Assembly (NCBI GenBank): GCA_019418025.1
Contig: DYCR01000003.1
Coordinates: 7,438-71,437, forward strand
Direction: 5' to 3'
From: Clostridiales bacterium
GTDB taxonomy: Bacteria; Bacillota; Clostridia; Oscillospirales; Oscillospiraceae
Length of the DNA: 64,000 bases
The first letter of the stretch is position 1, and every line of letters starts with the position of its first letter. The notes beneath the pieces were generated by a model. That model saw only the letters and a program-made list of their open reading frames with translations, did no database searches and was not told where the DNA came from. A program made the position numbers and the translations under genes. Of this stretch, positions 34,259 to 45,847 are shown one piece after another.

Positions 34259-35398
34259 TTACTGCTCAAAAAATTCCTTCACGCCGTCAAAAAACTTTTT
34301 GATTTTGGGTGTTCCGGAGCTGTCCAGACTGTTATCCAGCTGACGCAGCAGCTCCTTTTGCTCCTTATTCAGGTGGGTGGGTGTCTCGACCACAACGGTG
34401 ACCAGCTGATCGCCCCGGCGGCTGCGGTTGCCCACATAGGGGATGCCCTTGTTGGCCAGACGGAAGGTGGTTCCGGTCTGGGTTCCCTCGGGGATGGTGT
34501 AGGGCATCTTGCCGTCGAGGGTCGGCACCTCGATCTCTGCGCCCAGTGCTGCCTGCGTGAAGGAGATGGGCAGCTCGCACAGCACGTCTGCGCCGTCACG
34601 CTCAAAAATCTTGTGGCGCTTGATGGAGATCTGCACCAGCAGATCGCCGTTGGGGCCGCCGTTGGAGCCTACACAGCCCTCGCCCCGGACACGGACCGTC
34701 TGGTCTGCATCCACGCCGGCCGGGACCTTGACCTTGATCTTCTGGGTGCGGCGAACCTTGCCCTTGCCCTTACAGGTGTTGCAGGGGGTCTTGATGGTCT
34801 TGCCCTTGCCGCCGCAGACGGGACAGGCGGCGGTGGACTGCATGGTCATGCCCATGAATCTCTGGGTGGTGCGGACGCTGCCGCTGCCGTGGCAGTTGGA
34901 GCAGGTCTCGATCACACCGTCGGCAGAGCCGGTGCCGTTACAGGCGGCGCAGTTTTCGATTCTGGTGACAGCGACCTCTTTTTCCACGCCGAAGGCAGCC
35001 TCTTCAAAGGTCAGCTCAAGACGTGCGCCCACATTTTCGCCCCGCATGGGGGAATTTGCCGTGGAGCGCTGACCGCCGCCTCCGAAGATATCTCCGAAGA
35101 TGTCCCCAAAGTCGCCAAAGCCACCGAAGCCGCCGCCAAAGCCGCCGAAGCCGGGGTTGAAGTTGGGATCGACTCCCTGATGGCCGTACTGGTCATAGCG
35201 GGCCCGCTTGTCCTCGTCAGACAGCACCTCGTATGCCTCACCGGCCTCCTTGAACTTTGCCTCGGCCTCCTTGTCGCCGGGGTTGCGGTCGGGATGGTAC
35301 TGCATGGCCTTTTTGCGGTAGGCCTTTTTGATCGCATCGGCACTGGCGTTCTTTTCTACGCCCAGCACCTCGTAATAATCTCGTTTATTCTCAGCCAT
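34259..35398 (-). CDS. dnaJ: Chaperone DnaJ
   Basis: ATG at 35398 behind [20 protein letters not shown]...HPDRNPGD J-domain, G/F region, four CxxCxGxG repeats. Confidence 0.95.
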   Translation of the reverse strand: MAENKRDYYEVLGVEKNASADAIKKAYRKKAMQYHPDRNPGDKEAEAKFKEAGEAYEVLSDEDKRARYDQYGHQGVDPNFNPGFGGFGGGFGGFGDFGDIFGDIFGGGGQRSTANSPMRGENVGARLELTFEEAAFGVEKEVAVTRIENCAACNGTGSADGVIETCSNCHGSGSVRTTQRFMGMTMQSTAACPVCGGKGKTIKTPCNTCKGKGKVRRTQKIKVKVPAGVDADQTVRVRGEGCVGSNGGPNGDLLVQISIKRHKIFERDGADVLCELPISFTQAALGAEIEVPTLDGKMPYTIPEGTQTGTTFRLANKGIPYVGNRSRRGDQLVTVVVETPTHLNKEQKELLRQLDNSLDSSGTPKIKKFFDGVKEFFEQ

Positions 35399-35540
35399 AA
35401 TTTTCTCCTCACATGGAACCTGCGCAAAATCCGGAAAAAACCGGGAAAACCCCCGAAAAAACACCGGATCATTGGCAAATGCTTATATACACCAACAGAG
35501 GGGCGGCTGAATCCGCCGTCCCTCGTGATGTTTGGTGTTA

Positions 35541-37361
<1,821 letters not shown>

Positions 37362-37405
37362 GATAAAGTTCCTCCTACTCAAATAGATAAAAGTTTTTAC
37401 AAAAT

Positions 37406-37936
37406 TTAGTTGGCTACCTGAACCATAGCGAAACGAATGACCTTTTCGCCGGTTTTGAAGCCCTTCTGAAAGACCTGGCTGATGGTGTTCTCACCCAGCT
37501 CTTCGCTCTCGGTGTGCATCACCGCATTGTGGAAATTGGGATCAAATTCCTCCCCTACTTCACCGAAGATCTCTACGCCCAGATCGGCAAAGATCTTCAC
37601 AAGACCCGTCATGGTCAGCTCCACGCCCTTTTTGTATGCCGCATCCTCGGTGGGCTGATTCATGGCCCGCTCCAGATTGTCATACACCGGCAGCAGCTTT
37701 GCCACGGTGTCGGCCTTGCCGTTTGTATAGCTGGCATCCTTTTCCTTCTGGGTGCGCTTGCGGAAGTTGTCATACTCCGCCGCAAGGCGCAGGAAGGAAT
37801 CATGCTCTTTTTCGTATTTTTCTTTAAAATCCTCCGTCGAGGTCTGAGTTGCTTCTTCCTGTTGGGTGGCCTCCTCGGTCACGGCTGCTTCCTCAGCTTC
37901 GGCTTCCGGGTTGATGTTTTTTTCTTTTTCCGACAC
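37406..37936 (-). CDS. grpE: Nucleotide exchange factor GrpE
   Basis: GTG start 3 nt after the hrcA stop, AAGGAGG upstream. ...[18 protein letters not shown]... Confidence 0.92.
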   Translation of the reverse strand: MSEKEKNINPEAEAEEAAVTEEATQQEEATQTSTEDFKEKYEKEHDSFLRLAAEYDNFRKRTQKEKDASYTNGKADTVAKLLPVYDNLERAMNQPTEDAAYKKGVELTMTGLVKIFADLGVEIFGEVGEEFDPNFHNAVMHTESEELGENTISQVFQKGFKTGEKVIRFAMVQVAN

Positions 37937-37938
37937 GT

Positions 37939-39033
37939 CTATGCCTCCTTATGAGATTCATCGCCCGTGGCGATCTTTTCCGAGCCGCCGGCAGGCAGCT
38001 CCATATGTTCAGGCTTGGCAAACATGTTGCTCAAGCTCTCTGCAAAATAACTCAGTCGGGCGGTCACCTTGGCGTAATCCATTCGGGTGGGTCCAACCAC
38101 ACCGATCACGCCCTGCATGCCCTCGCCGATATCGAACTTGGTCATCACCACACTGGTATCCTTCAGCTCCTGAGCCACATTCTCGGGGCCCACCAGAACC
38201 TTGGTGCCGTTGTCGTTGCTCATGACCGCCGGCAGATTGGTGATCACGTCCTCATCCAGAGTGGACAGCACCTTCTGGGCCTTTTCCACATCCCGATATT
38301 CCGGCTGACCCAGCAGCCGCATGTGTCCGGCAACGGATACGTCCGCCTGCTGCTGTTGGTGCAGGGTGTTGATGGCGAACTCCGTAATGACAGGGACAAG
38401 AGAGGAAGCATCTCCGGCAGAGCGCATCACCTTGTCCATCAGCTCCGACGTGAAGGCCTCCACCGGGATCTCGGTCATGGCGGCGTTGATCACGGCACCC
38501 AGAAGCTTCAGATCGCTCTGATCCACGTTCACCGGAAGCTTGATGAGCTTATTGGTGACCTCTTCATTGCTGAGCATCACCACGAGGATGATGCTGCCCT
38601 CCCCTGCCAGAATCAGATCGAACCGCTTGATGGTCACGCCTCCGGCGTGGGCCGCAACGGTGATGGCCGGAAGATCCGTGGCCTGAGAGACCATCTTGGC
38701 AACCTGATCCATCAGCTTGTCGATCTTCTGCATCCGCTCCTCAACAGAGAGGTTCATGGACTTCGTTTCATCCATGCTCAGGCGGTAATCCATCATCAGC
38801 TCATCCACATACAGCCGGTAGCCTGCCGTGGACGGGATGCGTCCTGCGGAGGTGTGGGGCTGCTCCAGATAGCCCATGGCGGTCAGATCCGCCATTTCGT
38901 TGCGGATGGTGGCAGAGGAATAATTCATATCCGGCAGGGCCGTGATGGCCTTGGAACCCACAGGCTCTGCGGTGCGGATATACAGGTCAACGACACTGCG
39001 CAGGACCTTCTTTTTACGTTCGGTCAGTTCCAT
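37939..39033 (-). CDS. hrcA: Heat-inducible transcription repressor HrcA
   Basis: MELTERKKKVLRSVVDLYIRTAEPVGSK... First gene of the dnaK operon. CIRCE lies upstream. Confidence 0.95.
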   Translation of the reverse strand: MELTERKKKVLRSVVDLYIRTAEPVGSKAITALPDMNYSSATIRNEMADLTAMGYLEQPHTSAGRIPSTAGYRLYVDELMMDYRLSMDETKSMNLSVEERMQKIDKLMDQVAKMVSQATDLPAITVAAHAGGVTIKRFDLILAGEGSIILVVMLSNEEVTNKLIKLPVNVDQSDLKLLGAVINAAMTEIPVEAFTSELMDKVMRSAGDASSLVPVITEFAINTLHQQQQADVSVAGHMRLLGQPEYRDVEKAQKVLSTLDEDVITNLPAVMSNDNGTKVLVGPENVAQELKDTSVVMTKFDIGEGMQGVIGVVGPTRMDYAKVTARLSYFAESLSNMFAKPEHMELPAGGSEKIATGDESHKEA

Positions 39034-39054
39034 GGCATCCTCCTTAGGGATATT

Positions 39055-39081
39055 TTAGCACTCCGTACTCTTGAGTGCTAA
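39055..39081 (-). promoter_or_regulatory. CIRCE operator (HrcA binding site)
   Basis: Perfect consensus TTAGCACTC-N9-GAGTGCTAA at 39055-39063 / 39073-39081. Confidence 0.95.
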
Positions 39082-39085
39082 ACAT

Positions 39086-39114
39086 ACTATACCCCCACTC
39101 CCGCCCATTGTCAA
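39086..39114 (-). promoter_or_regulatory. Promoter of the hrcA-grpE-dnaK-dnaJ operon
   Basis: Minus strand reads TTGACA (39114-39109), 17-nt spacer, TATAGT (39091-39086), immediately upstream of CIRCE. Confidence 0.7.
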
Positions 39115-39185
39115 GAGAAACCTTTATGAATTATTTTTTAACATTTGTCTCAAATCTATCCAAACATTTTGGCAAAGAAAAAACC

Positions 39186-39215
39186 CCGGCACGATCATGC
39201 CAGGGAAATACAATG
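39186..39215 (-). terminator. Intrinsic terminator of the three-gene small-protein cassette
   Basis: Minus strand reads CCCTGGCA-TGATC-GTGCCGGGG followed by TTTTTTC. Confidence 0.6.
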
Positions 39216-39229
39216 GGCAGTATATCCGA

Positions 39230-39493
39230 TCAGTATTTCAGGCAGTGGCGGACCCGATTTTCCGCCCGATGCAGGGTCCTGCATACGCTGCTTTTGCAGA
39301 TGCCCCGTTCCTGCCCGATCTGTGTCATGGTTTTCTGTTGGAAATAGTAGGCGATCAGAATTTCCCGCTGTATGGGGGTCAGTTCATTGGCGATGACCTT
39401 CTGCAGCCGCTTCAGCTGCACCTCCCGCGGCAGCTGCGGTCCCTCATAACCGTCATAAAGTGTATTTCTCACTGCGGTAGTACCCTTTCTCAT
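39230..39493 (-). CDS. Sigma-70 region-4-only HTH protein (87 aa)
   Basis: ELTPIQREILIAYYFQQKTMTQIGQERGICKSSVCRTLHRAENRV resembles sigma region 4.2, as in ICE/phage small sigma-like regulators. Overlaps the upstream gene by 41 nt. Confidence 0.7.
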   Translation of the reverse strand: MRKGTTAVRNTLYDGYEGPQLPREVQLKRLQKVIANELTPIQREILIAYYFQQKTMTQIGQERGICKSSVCRTLHRAENRVRHCLKY

Positions 39494-39686
39494 AGTAATG
39501 CTCGGTTAGCTCTGCCAGCTCGTTCATCTGGGTCAGCATGGGGGTCAGCTCCGCGATCCTGCGTTTGATGTGCCAGATCTCCTCCGGGTCATCTGCCTGA
39601 GCAAGCTCCCGCCGAAGCTGCTTCAGCCTTGCCCGCAGAGGCAGGGCCGCCTCCCGATAGCAGGGACTGATCTGTTTGAGTGTCAT
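39453..39686 (-). CDS. 77-aa helical protein of unknown function
   Basis: ATG at 39686 overlaps the stop of the upstream mini-ORF (ATGA). MTLKQISPCYREAALPLRARLKQLRRELAQADDPEEIWHIKRRIAELTPML... looks coiled-coil-like. Confidence 0.55.
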   Translation of the reverse strand: MTLKQISPCYREAALPLRARLKQLRRELAQADDPEEIWHIKRRIAELTPMLTQMNELAELTEHYYEKGYYRSEKYTL

Positions 39687-39811
39687 GATGTATATCGCAT
39701 GCAGTACAGGCACTGCCCCTCCTGTCCGTAGATCTCCCTGCCGCACCGGCAGCAGAATGCCGCCGGCTTCTGAGCCTGTAAATCGCGAAACGGCAGCAAT
39801 TGTTCTTCCAT
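39683..39811 (-). CDS. 42-aa Cys4 (CxxC-x10-CxxC) zinc-ribbon-like mini-protein
   Basis: Strong AGGAGG 7 nt before the ATG at 39811. MEEQLLPFRDLQAQKPAAFCCRCGREIYGQEGQCLYCMRYTS. Confidence 0.5.
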   Translation of the reverse strand: MEEQLLPFRDLQAQKPAAFCCRCGREIYGQEGQCLYCMRYTS

Positions 39812-40005
39812 AAAAATTCCTCCTCTTTTGTTGCTGTGTCGAACCACCGCCCTTTGGCTCGATTGAATTTCCATCTATTTCCATAACCGACTCTACTACA
39901 CGAAGCGTGTGAAAACAATCGGAATGTGTAGTATGGCAAAATTCCCCTATTTTTTTATTTCGCTCGTGCTATCGTAGGTACAGTACATACAAGGGAAGTG
40001 ATTTC

Positions 40006-40347
40006 ATGCTGGGTGCCAGAATCGCCGCACTCCGCCGGCAAAGGGGCTGGAGCCAAACCGAGCTTGCCCAAAGACTGAAGATCAGTGCCAGTGCCGTGGG
40101 CATGTATGAGCAGTGCCGACGGGAGCCCTCTGCCGACACCATCGTTGCCATCGCCCGGGTGTTCGGTGTGTCCACGGACTATCTGCTCACGGGACATGCC
40201 TCCGGTGCGCAGGATCTGGAGGTTGCCAATGCTGCGCTGCACAGCTCTCTTGCCTCGGCGCAGGCCATCCTGCGCAGCAGACCGGAGCAGCCCTTTACCA
40301 AGCAGGAGCTTGCCACGCTGTTTGCGGCGCTGCTTCTGGATTCTTGA
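40006..40347 (+). CDS. XRE-family HTH regulator
   Basis: IAALRRQRGWSQTELAQRLKISASAVGMYEQCRREPSADTIVAIARVFGVSTDYLL. Divergent from the small-protein cassette. Confidence 0.85.
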   Translation: MLGARIAALRRQRGWSQTELAQRLKISASAVGMYEQCRREPSADTIVAIARVFGVSTDYLLTGHASGAQDLEVANAALHSSLASAQAILRSRPEQPFTKQELATLFAALLLDS

Positions 40348-40398
40348 CGAACCGGCCCTTTTCTAGTATTGTATCTCCAGAAAGATACCGGAAGGGGC

Positions 40399-40896
40399 AT
40401 GAAAATGGAAGATCAGGAATATATGCAGGCAGCTTTGGCCCTTGCAAGGGAAGCAGCCGCTGAGGGAGAGGTACCCGTCGGATGTGTCATTGTGTGCAAT
40501 GGGGAGATCGTCGGTCGGGGCCGCAACCGCAGGGAGCAGGTGAAAAACGCCCTGAGCCACGCAGAACTGGAGGCCATCGATCAGGCCTGCCGGACCCTCG
40601 GGGGCTGGCGGCTGTGGGAATGCACCCTGTACGTGACACTGGAGCCCTGCCCCATGTGCGCAGGCGCCATCATCAACGCCCGCATCCCTCGGGTGGTCTA
40701 CGGCGCCGGGGATCACAAGGCCGGCTCCTGCGGCTCTGTGTGCAATCTGTTTTCCATGGCATATAACCATCACCCTCAGGTGGAGTCCGGACTGATGGAG
40801 GAAGAATGCGGGGCAGTGCTGAAGGATTTTTTCAAAAATCTGCGGCTGACCCTGCCAAAACGCAGGCGCTGGCGGAAACCGGCAGCTGACAAATGA
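40399..40896 (+). CDS. tadA: tRNA-specific adenosine deaminase
   Basis: EYMQAALALAREAAAEGEVPVGCVIV..., HAELEAI and PCPMCAGA motifs. Start 40399 or 40405. Confidence 0.9.
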   Translation: MKMEDQEYMQAALALAREAAAEGEVPVGCVIVCNGEIVGRGRNRREQVKNALSHAELEAIDQACRTLGGWRLWECTLYVTLEPCPMCAGAIINARIPRVVYGAGDHKAGSCGSVCNLFSMAYNHHPQVESGLMEEECGAVLKDFFKNLRLTLPKRRRWRKPAADK

Positions 40897-40914
40897 TCGA
40901 GTTTTTTCGACAGG

Positions 40915-41955
40915 ATGCGAAAGGGGTTTTTCATGGACTGGGAAGGGCGATGTATCCGTGTTTGCGCGGCAAGCCTGCTGTGTGCGGCCATGCTGCGGAT
41001 GACTGCCAGCGGCGCACTGGCACCACTGGGACAGGCCCTGACCGACCCGAACCTTGCCTCGTTTCTGGTGTACATGCAGACAGGACGGGTGGTTCGGCTG
41101 TCTCCCAAGCCGCCGGAGGTGCCTCTGCCTGCCCTGACGCATGCAGTCACTGAGCCTCCGACTGAGCCGGAGCAGCCCCCCACCGAGCCGGAGAAGCCCG
41201 TGTTCTGCGCCGAGGATTTTTCCCGGGTGGAGGTGAAATACCGCTGCGACTACCGTCCGGATATGGAGGCACTGATGCAGGAGCCTCTTGACTGGGACCT
41301 GTACAGCGAAGATCCCGCAGTTCTCATTCTGCACACCCATGCCACCGAGAGCTACACCCGCTGTCCCGGGGACACCTACACGGAAACCGGAGCCTACCGC
41401 ACACTGGACCCGGGATACAACGTGCAAAGTCTGGGGGCGCTGCTGACAGACCGGCTGAAGGAAGCAGGGATCACCGTGCTGCACGATACGGCCTTTCACG
41501 ACTACCCCTCCTACAACGGCTCCTACGAAAATGCCGCCGCCTCCACCGAGGAGATCCTTGCCAAGCACCCCAACATTCAGCTGATCCTGGATCTGCATCG
41601 GGATGCCGCCGACACCCCCACGGGGCAGCTGGTGACCCAATGCTCCATCGGCATGGAGACCGCCGCCCAGCTGATGATGGTGGTGGGGACCGATGCCGAC
41701 GGACTTGAAAATCCCGACTGGCAGGATAACCTGTCCCTTGCGCTGAAGCTCCATGCCCAACTGGAAAAGGACCACCCCGGCATATGCAGGCCCATCAATT
41801 TCACCCATTACCGATACAATCAGCATCTGGGCGGCCGGGCGCTGATCATCGAGGTGGGTGCCGCCGGAAACACCCTGCCGCAGGCAAAGCTTGCCGTCAA
41901 TGCCCTTGCCGATGCCATCATCACACTCTCCAATGGAACCTCCTCCCCCAACTGA
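40915..41955 (+). CDS. spoIIP: Stage II sporulation protein P (SpoIIP-like amidase)
   Basis: ...VLILHTHATESYT...LILDLHRDA...GRALIIEVGAAGNTL... Start 40915, or 40933 behind AAAGGGG. Confidence 0.8.
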   Translation: MRKGFFMDWEGRCIRVCAASLLCAAMLRMTASGALAPLGQALTDPNLASFLVYMQTGRVVRLSPKPPEVPLPALTHAVTEPPTEPEQPPTEPEKPVFCAEDFSRVEVKYRCDYRPDMEALMQEPLDWDLYSEDPAVLILHTHATESYTRCPGDTYTETGAYRTLDPGYNVQSLGALLTDRLKEAGITVLHDTAFHDYPSYNGSYENAAASTEEILAKHPNIQLILDLHRDAADTPTGQLVTQCSIGMETAAQLMMVVGTDADGLENPDWQDNLSLALKLHAQLEKDHPGICRPINFTHYRYNQHLGGRALIIEVGAAGNTLPQAKLAVNALADAIITLSNGTSSPN

Positions 41956-41978
41956 TTGCAGTTGGGTATTTTTTTGTC

Positions 41979-42007
41979 TTGACAGCAGGAATATAATGTT
42001 TTAATAT
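41979..42007 (+). promoter_or_regulatory. Candidate promoter of psuK-psuG
   Basis: TTGACA (41979-41984), 17-nt spacer, TAATAT (42002-42007). Confidence 0.55.
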
Positions 42008-42045
42008 GTGATTAGAAATTAACTTATGTTTAGGAGTTGATTCCC

Positions 42046-43128
42046 ATGACACAGAGAGAACGGCAGATCCTGCAATGGATCGAATCCGACCCCATGATTT
42101 CTCAGGCCGAGCTTGCCAAGCGGCTGGGCATCACCCGTTCCAGTGTGGCCGTGCATATCTCCAACCTCATCAAAAAGGGCTGCATCGCCGGAAAGGGCTA
42201 CGTGCTGCGCACCGGCACCTATGCGGTGGTGGTCGGCGGTGTCAACATCGACATCTGCGGGAAAAGCGCCGCCCCTCTGGTTGCCGAGGACTCCAACCCC
42301 GGCTCGGTCAGCATGAGCCTCGGCGGAGTGGGCCGGAACATCGCCCACAACCTGAGCCTCATGGGCACGGACGTGCGGATGCTCACCGCCTACGGTGACG
42401 ACCTCCACGGTCAGAAGATCGCCGCCTCCTGCTCTGAGCTGGGCATCGACCTGAGCCATGCCCTGCGTCTGGGCAGCGAATCCACCTCCACCTACCTATA
42501 TATCACCGATCAGGACGGAGAAATGGCACTTGCCGTTTCCGATATGAGCATTTGCAGCCGCATCACCCCGGCTTATCTGGCCGCCCACCTGCCCCTGCTT
42601 CAGCACGCGCAGGTCATCGTCTGTGACACAAACATCCCCGCAGAATCTCTGGTGTACCTTGCCGAAAACTGCAATGTCCCCATCTTCTGCGATCCGGTAT
42701 CCACCATCAAGGCCGAAAAGCTCCGCCATATTCTGGGCAAGCTGCACACCCTCAAGCCCAACCGACTGGAGGCCGAGCTGCTCTCGGGTGTCTCGATCAA
42801 CAGCAAGGCCGATGTGGAGGAGGCCGCAAGGGTGCTTTTGTCCACGGGGCTGCGCCGGGTGTTCATCTCACTGGGCTCAGACGGCTGCTACGGCGCCACC
42901 CAGACCGAACAGACGTGGATGCCAAACTTCCCAACCAACATGGTCAACACCACCGGCTGCGGCGATGCATTCATGGCTGCACTGGTGTGGGCATATCTGG
43001 AGGGCACCGATCTGCAGGGCACCCTGAAGGCCGGCCTCGCCGCCGCCTCCATCGCCATCGAGACCCAGCAGACCATCAACCCCGCCATGAGCGCCACCCT
43101 GCTGAAATCCCGAATCGCAAACAATTAA
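42046..43128 (+). CDS. psuK: Winged-HTH + PfkB-family kinase fusion, probable pseudouridine kinase
   Basis: ATG at 42046, 9 nt after TAGGAG. The N-terminal ~55 aa RERQILQWIESDPMISQAELAKRLGITRSSVAVHISNLIKKG form a wHTH. PfkB motif NTTGCGDAF. Adjacent to psuG. Confidence 0.75.
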   Translation: MTQRERQILQWIESDPMISQAELAKRLGITRSSVAVHISNLIKKGCIAGKGYVLRTGTYAVVVGGVNIDICGKSAAPLVAEDSNPGSVSMSLGGVGRNIAHNLSLMGTDVRMLTAYGDDLHGQKIAASCSELGIDLSHALRLGSESTSTYLYITDQDGEMALAVSDMSICSRITPAYLAAHLPLLQHAQVIVCDTNIPAESLVYLAENCNVPIFCDPVSTIKAEKLRHILGKLHTLKPNRLEAELLSGVSINSKADVEEAARVLLSTGLRRVFISLGSDGCYGATQTEQTWMPNFPTNMVNTTGCGDAFMAALVWAYLEGTDLQGTLKAGLAAASIAIETQQTINPAMSATLLKSRIANN

Positions 43129-43162
43129 CCAAAATATATAACTAAGAAAGGTGAAATCAACT

Positions 43163-44083
43163 ATGAATCTGAACATGTATCTGGACGTGAACCCCGAAGT
43201 CGCCGAAGCCATTGCCAGCGGCAAGCCCGTTGTTGCTCTGGAATCGACCATCATCTCCCACGGCATGCCCTATCCCCAGAACGTGGAGACCGCTCTGGCG
43301 GTAGAGAACATCATCCGTGAAAACGGTGCAGTTCCCGCCACCATCGCCATCATCGGCGGCCGTCTGAAGGCTGGTCTCACCGCTGAGGAGATCGAATATT
43401 TCGGCAAGAAGGGTCAGGCCATTGCCAAGGCATCCCGCCGGGATCTTGCCGTCCTGTGCGCCCGGGGTGAGGACGGCGCAACCACCGTCACCACCACCAT
43501 GATCATCGCCCACATGGCCGGCATCAAGATCTTTGCCACCGGCGGCATCGGCGGCGTGCATCGCGGTGCCGAGACCACCATGGACATCTCTGCCGATCTG
43601 GAAGAGCTGGGCCAGACCCCCGTCATGGTCGTCTGCGCCGGTGCAAAGTCCATTCTGGATCTGGGTCTGACCCTTGAGTATCTGGAGACCAAGGGTGTCC
43701 CCGTCATCGGCTACGGCACCAAGGAGCTGCCCGCATTCTACTGCCGCACCTCCGGCTTCAGCGTCGATTACCGCATCGACACCGCCGAGGAGCTGGCTAA
43801 GGTATTCAAGACCCAGAACGATCTGGGCATGAAGGGCGGCATGCTGGTGGCCAACCCCATCCCCGAGGAATATGCAATGCCCGCAGACACCATCAATGCC
43901 GCCATCGATCAGGCCATTGCCGAATGCAACGAAAAGGGCATCCACGGCAAGGAGACCACCCCCTTCCTGCTGGCCCGGGTCAGCGAGCTGACCGGCGGAG
44001 ACTCTCTGGCCTCCAACATTCAGCTGGTGTTCAACAACGCCCGTGTTGCCGCCCAGACCGCTGCGGCATACTGCAAGCTGTAA
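43163..44083 (+). CDS. psuG: Pseudouridine-5'-phosphate glycosidase
   Basis: [18 protein letters not shown]...[13 protein letters not shown]...[11 protein letters not shown]... is a classic PsuG (IndA family) signature. Confidence 0.92.
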   Translation: MNLNMYLDVNPEVAEAIASGKPVVALESTIISHGMPYPQNVETALAVENIIRENGAVPATIAIIGGRLKAGLTAEEIEYFGKKGQAIAKASRRDLAVLCARGEDGATTVTTTMIIAHMAGIKIFATGGIGGVHRGAETTMDISADLEELGQTPVMVVCAGAKSILDLGLTLEYLETKGVPVIGYGTKELPAFYCRTSGFSVDYRIDTAEELAKVFKTQNDLGMKGGMLVANPIPEEYAMPADTINAAIDQAIAECNEKGIHGKETTPFLLARVSELTGGDSLASNIQLVFNNARVAAQTAAAYCKL

Positions 44084-44322
44084 TCCAAATCACATACAAC
44101 AAGCCGCCGCAGGGATTTCCCTGCGGCGGCTTTAGACTGTCATGCAATTCACTGTTTAAGCAATCCATGCTTTCAGAAAATAGAGAAACGCCGCAGGATT
44201 CAGAAAAATCTCTGAATCCTGCGGCGTATTTTGAAGAATATCTTATAAGCTTATATAATGCCCCACCATGATAAAATCCAGCTGCACCGTATCGAACAGA
44301 TACTGCACGACCGCCTCGGGCA

Positions 44323-45252
44323 TCAGAACAGCGGGGTCGGATAGATCCCCTGCTCTGCCATGTCCGTCATAGCCTGCCGAACCACCGGAGTGTCTGCGGC
44401 ATAGGTCATGCCGAACCATCGGCCGCCGGTGGGGATCACCTTCACCTGCACCTGATCACGGGCGATCATTTCCCCGATCTGGATAGGGATCAGGAACTCA
44501 GAGTCCGGCGATTGCAGCCCGCCATTGTCCAGAAATGCCGCAAACTGCCCCTCCAGACGCTCCAGAAGATCCGGCGTGAATGCCCACATATTCATGGAAA
44601 CAGGCATATCCCCGTCGAAATGCACCATCCCCTCAGGGGTCTGCACACCGGCACGGGTGCCGTCTTTGATGATATTTTTTGTTTCGGTGATGCACGTGAG
44701 CATCCCCTCAGCGGTCTTGCACAGGCCTCTGGTCACGCCGCCGTTGTCGCTGAGGGTGTTGCACAGGCGGAAGCCTGCCAGACCATACACCCCGGCAGAG
44801 TCCTCGGGCAGCTCATCCAGAAACGCAGACATCAGCCGGTAGGCCTCCTTGCCGTAGTAATCATCGGCATTGATGACCACCGAGCCCCCATGGAGCAGCC
44901 CCTTGCAGCTGAGCAGGGCATGCCCCGTGCCCCAAGGCTTTGTCCGCCCCGCAGGACATTGGAAGTCTCCGGGCAGATTCTGTAAATCCTGATATGCGCA
45001 GACCATCTCCACGCCCTTTTCCCGGCAGATCCTGCCGATCCGTCTGCCGATGGCCTCTTGGAACAGCTCTTCGATATCCCGACGGATGATAAACACGATG
45101 CGATTAAATCCGGCATCCAGTGCATCATAAATGGAATAATCCATAATACATTCACCGGAGGGGCCGACGCTTTGCAGCTGCTTGACGCCGCCTTTGAATC
45201 TGGAGCCGATGCCGGCAGCCAGAATCACCAGATTCTTCTCTCTATTCTCCAT
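44323..45252 (-). CDS. Sugar-1-phosphate nucleotidyltransferase family protein
   Basis: ATG at 45252 behind AGGAGAA. NLVILAAGIGSRFKGGVKQL (the G-x-G-[ST]-R motif). The ORF-track N-terminal extension is rejected. Confidence 0.7.
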   Translation of the reverse strand: MENREKNLVILAAGIGSRFKGGVKQLQSVGPSGECIMDYSIYDALDAGFNRIVFIIRRDIEELFQEAIGRRIGRICREKGVEMVCAYQDLQNLPGDFQCPAGRTKPWGTGHALLSCKGLLHGGSVVINADDYYGKEAYRLMSAFLDELPEDSAGVYGLAGFRLCNTLSDNGGVTRGLCKTAEGMLTCITETKNIIKDGTRAGVQTPEGMVHFDGDMPVSMNMWAFTPDLLERLEGQFAAFLDNGGLQSPDSEFLIPIQIGEMIARDQVQVKVIPTGGRWFGMTYAADTPVVRQAMTDMAEQGIYPTPLF

Positions 45253-45274
45253 CACTGTTCTCCTATCAAACAAT

Positions 45275-45847
45275 TTATTTGCAAAGCTGCTCCAGCAGCT
45301 CACGGCATTTTTCCTGAAAGCTCGGTAAATCACCGGTGTTTTCCAGCACCACGTCGCAGGCCTCGGCAAAAAAGCCGTCGGGCTTCTGGGCTGCGATCCG
45401 TTTTCTGGCATATTCCTCCGAAATGCCGTCCCGACACATCAGCCGTGCCACTCGGGATTCCACCGGCGCCGTCACCGCCACCGTCACGTCGCACAGCTCT
45501 GCCAGTCCCCCCTCAAACAGGGCGATGGCATCGATGGCGGTCAGCCTCGGGGCAGACTCCAGACGGCGCAGGACCTCTGCCCTGACGGCGCTGTGGGTGA
45601 TGCGGTTCAGGTCCAGAAGGGCCTCGGGGTCGGCAAAGACCATGCCCCCCAGTTTTTTTCGGTCCAGAACACCGTTTTCCATCGTTTCCGGAAATCTTTC
45701 TGCAATATCAGTCAGCATCTGCCTGTCAGACCTCAGCAGCCCGTGATAGATCTCGTCACAGTCGAGGATCATGCCCCCCCGAGCTTGGATCTGGCGCAGC
45801 AGGGTGGTCTTGCCGCAGCCGGTTCCCCCCGTAATGCCGATGATCAT
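45275..45847 (-). CDS. coaE: Dephospho-CoA kinase
   Basis: MIIGITGGTGCGKTT P-loop. ATGA overlap with the tsaC stop. Confidence 0.9.
   Translation of the reverse strand: MIIGITGGTGCGKTTLLRQIQARGGMILDCDEIYHGLLRSDRQMLTDIAERFPETMENGVLDRKKLGGMVFADPEALLDLNRITHSAVRAEVLRRLESAPRLTAIDAIALFEGGLAELCDVTVAVTAPVESRVARLMCRDGISEEYARKRIAAQKPDGFFAEACDVVLENTGDLPSFQEKCRELLEQLCK

Noticed and set aside
39100-40360. Complete prophage or ICE at the XRE / sigma-like cassette.
   Set aside because: No integrase, recombinase, relaxase, capsid or terminase gene and no att-like repeats lie nearby. The flanking genes are core (hrcA, tadA). I report it only as an orphan regulatory cassette.
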